From NCBI GenBank assembly GCA_947305775.1, contig CAMZEN010000003.1:24410-88409 (forward strand): a DNA stretch of 64,000 nucleotides, given 5' to 3'. The notes under the pieces are model-generated. The model was given only the letters and a program-made list of their open reading frames with translations. It was not told the origin of the DNA and did not search any database. Position 1 is the stretch's first letter, and each line of letters opens with the position of its first letter. Below are positions 32,633-42,282 of this stretch, piece by piece. This DNA comes from an uncultured Verrucomicrobiota bacterium (GTDB lineage Bacteria > Verrucomicrobiota > Kiritimatiellia > RFP12 > UBA1067). A program made the position numbers and the translations under genes.

Positions 32633-34251
32633 TGCGTTGGCCCTTCTCAAAACCGAAAGTTGAACTGTCGTGGAGTTCTCTCTCTGCCGCACAGAAGAAG
32701 GCCGTTGCGCGCAAGCTCGCCGGTGCTGCGCTTGGGCTAGCACGCCGTGCGCATTTTGGCAAGGGCTTTGAAGTCGTAACATACCCGTATGCCAACGGGC
32801 GGCGCCCGACGTATGTCGAACGCGGCGGCGAAGATTCGCAGATATCGTCAACCGACCGCGCGAAGATCGTAAACGCGCACCGCGATATGATGCGCAATTC
32901 GCCAACGCGCATAACGCAAGATCAGCAGCTGCGCGTCAATGTGGTTGGCTCATGCGGCGGGAAGATGTACGCATCATTCCCGCCGGAATACAAGGCGGCT
33001 GCCGACGAAGTGATGCACTACTTCAACCGGGTGTGGTTCACGCATGCCGAGTTCACCTTCCGCAAAAACTTCAATTGGATTCTGAAGACCGTTCTTACCG
33101 CGCAGGATGTCAACGGCAATGTTGTGCTTGTTTTCGATGATGGCGAACTTACCGGTGGCAACGGAACGGGCCGCGTTCGCGGGTTCGAGGGCGATGAAAT
33201 AGCCAACATTTCTGATGCGGCCTTTGCGCGCGCATTCCCTAAAGGATGGTGCCAGCGCGGCGGATTCATCTACAACGAAAGCGGCATGTTCGCCGGTTGC
33301 TTTGTTTCAACCCGCCACCGCGGATGCGAAGCGTTCCCGGATGAAGCGGGGGCGTTCCACTGCCTGCGCCTTGATCCGTTCAACGATGGTGAAACGCCGA
33401 ACTGGATTCTGCTTGGCGATATGCGCCGCTTCAATCAGGGCCGTGCCGTCTCGCCGCTCACGGCGGCGATTACGTGCCTGATTGACCTTCATGAAACGGT
33501 TGCCAGCGAAACGCAGGCGGCTAAGATGAATGCGCAGCTTGTCGGTCAGATTCTTTCCAATGCGTCCGCCGATGGCGATGCTGGCGAAGCACCGCAGGCG
33601 TTTGATGATGAAATCGAACGCGATACCGCCGCCAAGCCCGCCGAGGTAACGTTCTCCACGCGCGAACTTTCCGCTATCGGTGCGCACTTCGATCAGATGC
33701 CCGTTGGCATGAAGATTGATCTTCTTGATACCAAGCGGCCCAATGCCAACATACCCGCGTATATCGAATTTCTTACCGGGCTTGTCGGCGGCACCAAAGG
33801 CCTTGCGCGTGTCTACTCCACCCTGAAGGCGCAGACAAGCTATACGGCGTTTCGCGGCGAGCAGGCCATGACCAAGCCTTCATTCGATGAAGCGAAAACC
33901 GATCTTGAACGCGAAGTGTGCGATTGGATTGCCGTATGCGTCATATCACGCGCCGTCAAGCTCGGCCTTGTGAAGTCCGCGCTTCCAGATGGCTGGCGCG
34001 ATATGATTGCATGGCGTTGGCCTGAAATGCCGGAGGTCGATCTTGTCAAGGCGGAAGATGCCCGCCGCAAGCGGCTCGAAAACGGCGTTACCTCTCTTGC
34101 GCGCGAACTGGGGCCCGGCGAACTTGAAAAGATCGTCGAGGAACGCAAGCGCGAAAAGCAGCTTTTTGAAGATGCGGGGCTTGACTATCCCGGCATGTCA
34201 GAAAACCAGGAAACAGAAACAACAACCGATGAAGGAGGCGACGATGCCTAA
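32632..34251 (+). CDS. Portal protein (copy B)
   Basis: Identical to 491..2110. Confidence 0.7.
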   Translation: MRWPFSKPKVELSWSSLSAAQKKAVARKLAGAALGLARRAHFGKGFEVVTYPYANGRRPTYVERGGEDSQISSTDRAKIVNAHRDMMRNSPTRITQDQQLRVNVVGSCGGKMYASFPPEYKAAADEVMHYFNRVWFTHAEFTFRKNFNWILKTVLTAQDVNGNVVLVFDDGELTGGNGTGRVRGFEGDEIANISDAAFARAFPKGWCQRGGFIYNESGMFAGCFVSTRHRGCEAFPDEAGAFHCLRLDPFNDGETPNWILLGDMRRFNQGRAVSPLTAAITCLIDLHETVASETQAAKMNAQLVGQILSNASADGDAGEAPQAFDDEIERDTAAKPAEVTFSTRELSAIGAHFDQMPVGMKIDLLDTKRPNANIPAYIEFLTGLVGGTKGLARVYSTLKAQTSYTAFRGEQAMTKPSFDEAKTDLEREVCDWIAVCVISRAVKLGLVKSALPDGWRDMIAWRWPEMPEVDLVKAEDARRKRLENGVTSLARELGPGELEKIVEERKREKQLFEDAGLDYPGMSENQETETTTDEGGDDA

Positions 34252-35461
34252 CAAGTTCAATCCGATGAAGGCGCGGCTTCGCGCCACTTTTGCCGCAGGC
34301 GCAACAAAGGAGCCGCGCCTGGAACGTGTCGACCGTGAAAAGGAGGTGCTGCATGGTGTCCAAATCACACTTGAAGGCGAAGCCAGGGGGCATGGCGTAT
34401 GGCTTGACCGGGCCTTTTGCGAGGCCGTTGCCGAAGCGGGAAACGCTATGGGTGATGCCGGAGTCAAAGTCCGCTTTGGTCATCCCTCGATGTGTTCGGA
34501 TGCGCTTGGCACCTACCTTGGAAGGGCTAAAAATTTCCGTGTCGTCGATCTAGAGCGCAAAGAGGCACCCGGCGAAAAGGTTGCTGGCGTTCTGGCCGAT
34601 GTGTACATTGCCGCCGAATCGCATTCTGCGCCTTCCGGCGATCTCGGCAAGTGGGTTCTTGATGCCGCCGAAAATTCGCCTGATACGTTCGGGCAGTCTA
34701 TCGTTTTCACATACGCTGATTTGAAGTCCACCAACGCCGATGGCGAACCGATCATGCGCAGCGAATATGAGGACGACCGCGCCTTCAATCGGGCGCGCGG
34801 CGAAAACAAGGTGTTTGCGGTCCTTGGCAAGCTTCGGGGCACCGATTTCACCGACACGCCCGCCGCAACTGATGGCGTGTTTTCCGCTGGCGATCTTGCC
34901 GCTGAAGCGGAGGAAATGCTGGCGTCTCATCCGGCGGTGCTCTCCGCGATTGAAGGCAACCCCGAAAAGGTGATTGAGTTCCTTGATCGTGCCGGGCTGC
35001 TCTCGCTTATAGAAACGAAGCGGGTTGCCGGGCTTCAGGCCGCTAAGGACAAGCAGATTGCGGAACTGAACGAAATGCTTGCTGTCAGGGGCAAAGGCTT
35101 TGAGGAGGCCCTTGCCAAAGAGGCGGGGGCGCATCAGGCGGAAATCGCCGCGCTGAACGCCGAAATTGAAAGACTTAAAACCGGCAACGTCGAAACCACA
35201 AAGGCCCTTGATGCCGCCAACGCGGAAATCAAGCAGCTTAAGGAGGACGGCGAAAAGGCCGCAACGGCTCTTTCGGAAACGAAAGCGGCCCTGGCGGCTG
35301 AAACTGAACGCTACCGCAAGCAGGTCGGGCTTGCGCTGCAACCCGCTGAGGAACTGCCGACCCTTCAGGAAGGGCTTGCGAAATGCAGCACGCCCGCTGA
35401 AAAGTCTGCGTTCATTGCAAGCGGCAAGTACAAAAAAGATGAAAAAGAAAGGAAATCTTAA
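34244..35461 (+). CDS. Putative prohead protease/scaffold (copy B)
   Basis: Identical to 2103..3320. Confidence 0.5.
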   Translation: MPNKFNPMKARLRATFAAGATKEPRLERVDREKEVLHGVQITLEGEARGHGVWLDRAFCEAVAEAGNAMGDAGVKVRFGHPSMCSDALGTYLGRAKNFRVVDLERKEAPGEKVAGVLADVYIAAESHSAPSGDLGKWVLDAAENSPDTFGQSIVFTYADLKSTNADGEPIMRSEYEDDRAFNRARGENKVFAVLGKLRGTDFTDTPAATDGVFSAGDLAAEAEEMLASHPAVLSAIEGNPEKVIEFLDRAGLLSLIETKRVAGLQAAKDKQIAELNEMLAVRGKGFEEALAKEAGAHQAEIAALNAEIERLKTGNVETTKALDAANAEIKQLKEDGEKAATALSETKAALAAETERYRKQVGLALQPAEELPTLQEGLAKCSTPAEKSAFIASGKYKKDEKERKS

Positions 35462-35463
35462 AC

Positions 35464-36330
35464 ATGAGTTCTTCCCTTACTTCTCCCGGTCTTATCAAGG
35501 CCGCCAACGACGCACTTGTTGGGGCAACTCCTGATCTCAATGTCGCGCGCCTTTTCGCGTTCGATATGAGTGATGAATTTGTCGAGCCCGGCACAACCGT
35601 CAAGGTGCCTGTTGCCGCCGCTGGCACCGTCAATGATTTCGATGAGTCAACCAACGACTTCGAAAACAATGATGGCACTGTCGGTTATGCGGCCGTAACG
35701 CTTAACAAGCGGCCAAAGTCTACGTTCAAGTTCGCTGGAAAGGACAAGCTTGAAGCGCCGAATGCGCCCTATTGGGCGAAGGTCCGCGAGGCTTCCGCAA
35801 ACGGCGTCAAGACTTCTATCTCCACGGCGCTTGGCGGGCTTTTCACCGCTGCCGCATGCACCGGCGGCAAGGTTGTGCTGGCGTCCGTCACAAAGGCAAC
35901 AATCTCTGGACTTCGCGCCTCCTGCGAAGGACGCTGCGCTGATACCGTGCTGGCGCTCGAGCCGGGCTACTACAACACGCTTCTTTCGCTTCTGGACGCC
36001 AATGTGCTTGGCACGCAGGATGCGATAAAGAACGGTTACATTGGCGGCCTTTATGGCTTCAAGGCTGTCGTTCAGATGAACGACCTGCCTGCGGGCATAA
36101 AGGGTGCGCTTATCCCGGCAAGCTCCGTCGCCGTCGCCTCTCGCGCGTTCCCGGTTGCGGATGAAGCCGCATACAGCGAATACGGAACCGTAACCGATGA
36201 GTACGGCTTCACGCTGACGGTTCTCCGCCACGGTTCGCCTGCAAAGGGCACGGGCTTCATCAATGTGGTTGCCCTCTGGGGCGCCGCACTGGTGCAGGCA
36301 AGCAAGATCAAGTATCTTGCCGCATCGTAA
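35464..36330 (+). CDS. Major capsid protein (copy B)
   Basis: Identical to 3323..4189. Confidence 0.6.
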   Translation: MSSSLTSPGLIKAANDALVGATPDLNVARLFAFDMSDEFVEPGTTVKVPVAAAGTVNDFDESTNDFENNDGTVGYAAVTLNKRPKSTFKFAGKDKLEAPNAPYWAKVREASANGVKTSISTALGGLFTAAACTGGKVVLASVTKATISGLRASCEGRCADTVLALEPGYYNTLLSLLDANVLGTQDAIKNGYIGGLYGFKAVVQMNDLPAGIKGALIPASSVAVASRAFPVADEAAYSEYGTVTDEYGFTLTVLRHGSPAKGTGFINVVALWGAALVQASKIKYLAAS

Positions 36331-36337
36331 CCAATAC

Positions 36338-36374
36338 GGCCCGGCGGTCGGATTTTCGACCGCCGGGCCATTTT
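36338..36374 (+). terminator. Capsid terminator (copy B)
   Basis: Identical to 4197..4233. Confidence 0.75.
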
Positions 36375-36405
36375 CCCAAAACCGAACCAAAAAGGAACCG
36401 CACAG

Positions 36406-36966
36406 ATGAAAAAGATTCTTGCCGTCACATTCGCCGCGTTCGTGTTCGCCGCGTTCGCCACAACCTCGATAACGCTTGCGCCGGGGTTGAACGTCCTTCC
36501 CGGATGGCATGCGGGCGGCGGCAAGGTTCTTGCCGTCGAGGCTGTTACGCAAAACGCAGCAGCAACCGTTGCGCTTTCTTCCGTGCGATCCGTCACGACC
36601 TACACCAATCAGCTTTTTGAAGTCGTCACGCCGCATGATCTGTATTCGTTCTCAATCACAAACTACGACGGCAATGCCGCGATATCCACCAATACGGTTG
36701 ATGTATTCAGCTACTCCGACTGGATGCGTGGAACCACCAACCTGATTGTTGGCGCGGTTACGCACACGCGATTTGCCGAAACGAACACAGTTGCAGCCGG
36801 ACGCCTGCCGTCCACAACCTACACCGTTACGAATGCGCTTCTTTCCGTAACCACAAGCGGCCACTATGGAACCGCTACGCCTGAAAGCTCGAAGTTCGTT
36901 TTTGGCGGCGCAATCAACGTTAGCGGGGCAGCTGAGGATGATGTGATAACGCTGATTGTTGAATAA
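36406..36966 (+). CDS. Signal-peptide-bearing beta-rich protein (copy B)
   Basis: Identical to 4265..4825. Confidence 0.5.
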   Translation: MKKILAVTFAAFVFAAFATTSITLAPGLNVLPGWHAGGGKVLAVEAVTQNAAATVALSSVRSVTTYTNQLFEVVTPHDLYSFSITNYDGNAAISTNTVDVFSYSDWMRGTTNLIVGAVTHTRFAETNTVAAGRLPSTTYTVTNALLSVTTSGHYGTATPESSKFVFGGAINVSGAAEDDVITLIVE

Positions 36967-36992
36967 CGCTTTAATAACCACCCCTGAAAAAA

Positions 36993-37331
36993 ATGAGCGA
37001 TTTCTTCCATAACGCCGCCGCGATGCGCCCGATGATCGAACCGGTCATGTGGCGTCAGGATAAAGCGCCGCACCGCAAAGGTGCGTTCGGCGCGGTCGTC
37101 CTGCATGGTGAATCGCAGAGCGAGACTGCGGGCGCGTCTCGCGGTGGATTCGCCGCCGATCCGTGGACGGTCATTGTGCCGGCGACGTCCGCGCTTTGCG
37201 CTGACGTCGCCGTCGGTGATACGCTTACGCGCCTTGGCGTCGATGGCGAAACCCTAACCGTCCAGCAGATCACGCGCGATGATACCGGCTGGACGCTCCG
37301 TTGCACTTCAGAAGAAAGGGCGCCGCGCTGA
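36993..37331 (+). CDS. Putative head-tail connector (copy B)
   Basis: Identical to 4852..5190. Confidence 0.35.
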   Translation: MSDFFHNAAAMRPMIEPVMWRQDKAPHRKGAFGAVVLHGESQSETAGASRGGFAADPWTVIVPATSALCADVAVGDTLTRLGVDGETLTVQQITRDDTGWTLRCTSEERAPR

Positions 37332-37954
37332 TGGGCTATTCGGTCACAGATACAGCCGTAATGTTTTCGCAGGGCCGGGGCCGTGCGAAGGTGTCGCTTG
37401 CGCTATCCTTCCGCGACCTCGAACGTTGGGCGAAGCGGCAGAAGATTGATACTGCAAAGCTCATGAAGCGCAGCTTTGGTCGCGCGTGTTTCGCGCTGAA
37501 GCGAAAGTTTCAAAAGGTCATATCGAACGCAGGCGGTGTTGAAGGCGTGCCGAAGTTCAAGGATTTCGAGGCCTTCACAAAGGAACTGCGCGCCGTCGAG
37601 GGCCGCACCACTCCGATGGGGGGCGTTCTCGCGGATGCAAGCCGCATTGTGTCGTTCAAAAAGAACGGCTGGCAAATGATCGGCTGGCCTGATGAACTCG
37701 CAGACTGGGCCGTGAACTTTCAGGATGGCGTTGGCGGTCCAAGCTCCGAGCGTTACTTCACCGATCCGGACTACCGCCACCTGATGCACAAGCGCGGCAT
37801 ACGCGAAATACCGCGCGAATATGTGCACAATCCGCGCCGTGTGATTCCGGAGCCGTTCGGCGCATATGTTGAACAGCATCTTGAAACCTGGGCGCGCGGC
37901 ACGTTCTACAAGGAGCTTGCCAAGCAGATGATGAAAACAAAGGGGGCTGCATGA
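37331..37954 (+). CDS. Morphogenesis protein, unknown (copy B)
   Basis: Identical to 5190..5813. Confidence 0.4.
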   Translation: MGYSVTDTAVMFSQGRGRAKVSLALSFRDLERWAKRQKIDTAKLMKRSFGRACFALKRKFQKVISNAGGVEGVPKFKDFEAFTKELRAVEGRTTPMGGVLADASRIVSFKKNGWQMIGWPDELADWAVNFQDGVGGPSSERYFTDPDYRHLMHKRGIREIPREYVHNPRRVIPEPFGAYVEQHLETWARGTFYKELAKQMMKTKGAA

Positions 37955-38442
37955 TCTCACACCGCACTGTTATGGCGAACGCGGCGCGCGCCGTGTGCGA
38001 TTCGGCGGAGGTCCGCGCTTATTGCCTTGCCAATTTCGGGCGGGGTCTCGCCGTCCATGTTGGCGCATATGGCGATGCCGTGCCGGGCGTCAAGCAGGCA
38101 CCGTTCTTCTGGCTCACGCCGGTTGAAGAAAACGATGCTGTGAACGCCGACGAAACCTTCACCGTGCGCATGGTGCTTGGCGGATGCGTCAAGGGCCCTA
38201 ATGGTGAACGGGTTATCAACAATGTGGTACAGGAACGCACCGAAACCGAAAACGGGCTTACCATAAACGGCGGCAACGCGATTGTGGAAGATTTGCGCGA
38301 CATGATAATTCCCATTATCCGCAACGCCAAGGCCGGTGCGCGGATATCCGCGATCCGGCGCGAAGAAAACGACATTTCCCATTTCCCGTTGGAATGGGCC
38401 GTTATCTTTGTTGAATACTTTGAACCAGAATCACTCACCTGA
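37951..38442 (+). CDS. Putative neck/tail-completion protein (copy B)
   Basis: Identical to 5810..6301. Confidence 0.35.
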   Translation: MISHRTVMANAARAVCDSAEVRAYCLANFGRGLAVHVGAYGDAVPGVKQAPFFWLTPVEENDAVNADETFTVRMVLGGCVKGPNGERVINNVVQERTETENGLTINGGNAIVEDLRDMIIPIIRNAKAGARISAIRREENDISHFPLEWAVIFVEYFEPESLT

Positions 38443-38459
38443 TACGAAAGGAAAAAAAC

Positions 38460-38876
38460 ATGAGCGAACCAACATTCAACCGCTGGGGTGTGAAGTCTGC
38501 AACTCTCACATTCAACAGCACAACCTATGAAATGGACGCAGGGCCTGCCGGTCAAAGCGAAACGCGCGAAGCGATAGAGGTGACCTCGCTTGCTGATACA
38601 ATCAAGCGCTTCATCAAGGGTGCGCTTAAAGAAATTGATGAGTTCACCGTAACGCTTTACCAGAAGAGTTCCGGCAACCTCACTTCTGATGCCGCGCCCG
38701 CCGCGCTTGCGCTGTCGGTCACGCTCGAAAACGGCATTGACTCCGACGCAACGGTCAGCGTTTCGATTGCCAAGGCGATTGTCACCAAGGTTGCCTATCC
38801 TAACCAAGAGGGTTCCGGCGAACGCAAGGCAACATATGATGTGACCTTCAAGCCGGACGGCTCTGTCTCCGCCTGA
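38460..38876 (+). CDS. Major tail tube protein (copy B)
   Basis: Identical to 6319..6735. Confidence 0.55.
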   Translation: MSEPTFNRWGVKSATLTFNSTTYEMDAGPAGQSETREAIEVTSLADTIKRFIKGALKEIDEFTVTLYQKSSGNLTSDAAPAALALSVTLENGIDSDATVSVSIAKAIVTKVAYPNQEGSGERKATYDVTFKPDGSVSA

Positions 38877-38898
38877 TTCATGATGGGGGTTTGATTCT

Positions 38899-39198
38899 AT
38901 GGCGGCAAAACCTGAAATGTTTACCGATGTGGCAACGGTGCGCCTTGGCGAGGTGTCCGTCAAGGTGCGCCGCCTTACGATCAAGGAAATACGCGAAGCA
39001 GGCCTTTCGTTCAAGGGGGGCAAAGAATGCCTTGGCGATGAATGCGAACGCTTGATCAAGGATCATGTAACGCTTGCGGACGGTTCGGACTTCGATCCGT
39101 CGCAACTGTCGATGCGGCAGATGCAGCGCCTTGTCACCGAGCTTGTTGGCGTTCCTGAAGGCGGCGGCATTTCGGATTTTATCGGGCTGCTATCCTGA
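38899..39198 (+). CDS. gpG-like tail assembly chaperone (copy B)
   Basis: Identical to 6758..7057. Confidence 0.6.
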   Translation: MAAKPEMFTDVATVRLGEVSVKVRRLTIKEIREAGLSFKGGKECLGDECERLIKDHVTLADGSDFDPSQLSMRQMQRLVTELVGVPEGGGISDFIGLLS

Positions 39199-39491
39199 GC
39201 CGGGGGGATAGCGGCGAAACTGCAACGGCGGCTTTTCTGGATGAAGGCGCGCGGACGCTTGGGGTTTGGCTCCCGCTTGCGCTCGCTGATATCTATGTTG
39301 CCGTTCTCGCGGGGGTACGGCCCTGGCTGAAGAACGGCGAAACGATGAAGCTGCCGACACGGTCTGAAGCGGTCGGCAGCTGGTGCCTGCCGATGCTGTC
39401 AAAGTCTCTTGCCGCCGATGAAAAGGAACGTGAAGCGCTTGCGCTTTTCCGATCTGTCGAAGCTCTAAAGAAAAGGTATGAAAACGCATGA
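38899..39491 (+). CDS. gpGT-like -1 frameshift product (copy B)
   Basis: Identical to 6758..7350. Confidence 0.5.
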
Positions 39492-40741
39492 GCAAATCAA
39501 CGCACCAGGTTGCCGTCAAGGGTGTTGATCAGACGGCTAGCGCGTTCTCGTCCATTCAGGCGCGCGCCGCTGCCGCGTCCGCCAAGATGCGTTCGATGCT
39601 GGGCGGGGCCCTCGCCGCTGCCGGTGCATATCTTTCGCTTCGCGCCGTCAAGAGCGGCGTTGATGAACTTGGACGGCTTAGCGATGTGGCGCAGAAGGCG
39701 GGCGTTAGTGTTGATGAGCTAACGTCCGCAACGCAGGCGATGGGCGTTCTTGGAATCGGCGCCAACATGGATCAGCTTGCCAAGTCGTTTCAACTGATGG
39801 AAAAGAACACGGGCCGCACCGGGCTTCAGGGCTTCTATGATACCGTTGGCGAACTTGGCAAGATTCCCGATGTCTCCGACCGTGCCGCTGCCGCCATGAA
39901 GGTCTTTGGCAAATCCGGCATGGAATTTATGCCGCTGATAGATGCGGCCTATACATCGAACCTTGCCTTGCAGGATGTCGTCGAAGCGATGCCGCGCATT
40001 CCGCAAGCAGCCGCCGACGCGGGTGATGATGTCGCTGATGCAATGGGCAACATGGCAAGCGAGGCAAAGTCAATATGGCTTCAGGGTCTTGGCGCAATTT
40101 GCGGGTGGTTTTCCAAAAACTACGAGGGCGGTGTCCGCACCGCTTCGCTGAACGCAGGAAACCATTTGGCATATTACACGAAGATTGCCGTTGCAAAGTG
40201 CATAACGTACATCAAGAAGCTTAAAAGCGCATGGGACCTTTGGAGCGCTTCATGGTCGTATATCGGTGATGGTCTTGGCGCGATGTTCGGGGGCCGCACC
40301 TGGTCTGAGGCATGGGACTACGCGGCGCAGCAGTTTGAAATCGCCACAAATGCCATAGGCGAAGAATGGGCCGAAATCGACCGCATCGAAGAAAACCGCA
40401 CAAGCCGCTTTCAGCAGGATTTCGAAAACCGCGAAATTGCGATAAAGAAATTTGCAAAGGCATATGATGCCGCTGCCGTCAGCATCAAGAAGCGTGAACT
40501 TGGCATGTCGGGCGGATCGGGCATGTTCGCGGGATCGGCGAAGTCTCCGCAGATTCGCAACGAGCTTGTGATGGGCGGCTCGAACGCTGCGTTGCGCACC
40601 GCCATGCTTGGCCCTCAGTGGCAAACGGAGGCGAAGAAGCAAACCGGCCTTCTTCAGAAGATTGCCGATGCCACCGCGAAGACCGCAAGCAACACCAAGG
40701 GCGTTGCAGCCGCTGAAAACTACATTGAGGAGAATGGCTGA
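39488..40741 (+). CDS. Tape measure protein (copy B)
   Basis: Identical to 7347..8600. Confidence 0.7.
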   Translation: MSKSTHQVAVKGVDQTASAFSSIQARAAAASAKMRSMLGGALAAAGAYLSLRAVKSGVDELGRLSDVAQKAGVSVDELTSATQAMGVLGIGANMDQLAKSFQLMEKNTGRTGLQGFYDTVGELGKIPDVSDRAAAAMKVFGKSGMEFMPLIDAAYTSNLALQDVVEAMPRIPQAAADAGDDVADAMGNMASEAKSIWLQGLGAICGWFSKNYEGGVRTASLNAGNHLAYYTKIAVAKCITYIKKLKSAWDLWSASWSYIGDGLGAMFGGRTWSEAWDYAAQQFEIATNAIGEEWAEIDRIEENRTSRFQQDFENREIAIKKFAKAYDAAAVSIKKRELGMSGGSGMFAGSAKSPQIRNELVMGGSNAALRTAMLGPQWQTEAKKQTGLLQKIADATAKTASNTKGVAAAENYIEENG

Positions 40742-41700
40742 TGTCTGATGTAACACACCAAAAGGCGGGCCGCACGTGGACTGTTGCGTCCAACGGCATA
40801 ACCGTGCTTAAGCGTCCGTATCAGGTCATATTGGATGGCAACAACCTAGCCGCAAACGGCGAATGCCTAACGTTTACCGATCTTCCGGCAATCGGCTCTG
40901 CGCATCCGAACCACCCCGGTCTTTACGTCGACAATTACGAAATTGAAGAAGGATCGGGCACCGACAAAAAGTGCGTGAATGTTGTTGTAACCTATTCGCC
41001 GCGCACTTACGAAACACAAACGATTGATCAAGCAACCGTTTCGAACCAGGTTGAAGAATGGGGCTGGGCCGGCGGCGAAGATGAACGCGAACTCACCACC
41101 GCCGTTGATGGCACGGCGGTACTCAATTCGGCTGGCGATGTGTTTGATGCTGTGCCGACGATTAAAAGCCCTGCGCCAATATTCCGCAAGGTCGTAAAAT
41201 TCGAATCGCGGCAATCGGGCTGGGGCTCGTACATGTGTTGCTTAAACTCCGCCGCAGTAACCATTGGCGGCATATCGTTCGCGGCCCGCACCCTTCTTTG
41301 CATGGTCGGCGAGCAGCGCGTTATAGGCGACGCAAAGTGGCGGTATCGCTACACGATTGAACTGCGCTACCGCTCGAACAAGGTCAAGTTGGCGGGCTCC
41401 AGCAGCGCAACGGAAATCGGCTGGGACGTCGCAATAGCTGATGCGGGCATGCGCGAAAAGGACGACAGCGGCAAACTTGTTTTGATCCGCAGCCGCGATG
41501 CCGAAACGGGCGAAGCGTGCACCGTTACCACGCCGGAACTGCTAAACGGCAGCGGCAAGCGCGTTACAAGGAGCGGCGAAACGGCACCAACGCCGTACAA
41601 TCTTCGCTTTCAGGCTTACGATACTGCAACATTTCCGGGCTGGTTCTATTCCGAGCCAACCGACGCGCAGGTAGGTTCCGGCACCAACGCAAATTCATGA
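40741..41700 (+). CDS. Minor/distal tail protein (copy B)
   Basis: Identical to 8600..9559. Confidence 0.4.
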   Translation: MSDVTHQKAGRTWTVASNGITVLKRPYQVILDGNNLAANGECLTFTDLPAIGSAHPNHPGLYVDNYEIEEGSGTDKKCVNVVVTYSPRTYETQTIDQATVSNQVEEWGWAGGEDERELTTAVDGTAVLNSAGDVFDAVPTIKSPAPIFRKVVKFESRQSGWGSYMCCLNSAAVTIGGISFAARTLLCMVGEQRVIGDAKWRYRYTIELRYRSNKVKLAGSSSATEIGWDVAIADAGMREKDDSGKLVLIRSRDAETGEACTVTTPELLNGSGKRVTRSGETAPTPYNLRFQAYDTATFPGWFYSEPTDAQVGSGTNANS

Positions 41701-41710
41701 AAGGGAATCC

Positions 41711-42271
41711 ATGAAAATCAAACTGAATCTTCAGGCCACAGTTGATCAAACGCTCCCGCCGTTGCCGGTGAAAATCTTTACCGGCAGCGCGCTTCCGCTC
41801 GAACTTGAAGGCATACCCGGCGAATGGGCGGGCGGTGAGGTCGTCGGGGTGTCCGTCACGGTCAAGAATGCCGATGGCGTTGATGTTGCCGCCGAATGCG
41901 CCCTTGTCGGCAATGAATGGCAGTGCCTTTTCGCTGGCAGCAATTTCCCTTCATGGGGATTTGTCGAAAACGGCGTGCGCATAACAGTCGCCGTCAAGCG
42001 TTCGGATGATACGACGGCATATGTCATTGTTGGCGTTGCCGATTTCGATATCAAGCCCGCAACGACGTCCGCTTCGCCCGGAACGCCTGGCGCAATGGTG
42101 GCAATTAAGGGCGGCGATGTCTATCTAAAGACGCAGGTCCTCGATGGCGTCCAGCATTACACCAAACAGCAGATGGCGTTTGATTCCCGCGTTGGCTGGG
42201 GCGCAACGTGGACGGGCGACTATATCCTAACCGCCGACGGCGATTTCGTGCCCTTCTCACCCAATCCATGA
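41711..42271 (+). CDS. Tail-associated protein, unknown (copy B)
   Basis: Identical to 9570..10130. Confidence 0.35.
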   Translation: MKIKLNLQATVDQTLPPLPVKIFTGSALPLELEGIPGEWAGGEVVGVSVTVKNADGVDVAAECALVGNEWQCLFAGSNFPSWGFVENGVRITVAVKRSDDTTAYVIVGVADFDIKPATTSASPGTPGAMVAIKGGDVYLKTQVLDGVQHYTKQQMAFDSRVGWGATWTGDYILTADGDFVPFSPNP

Positions 42272-42282
42272 AAGGTTAACCG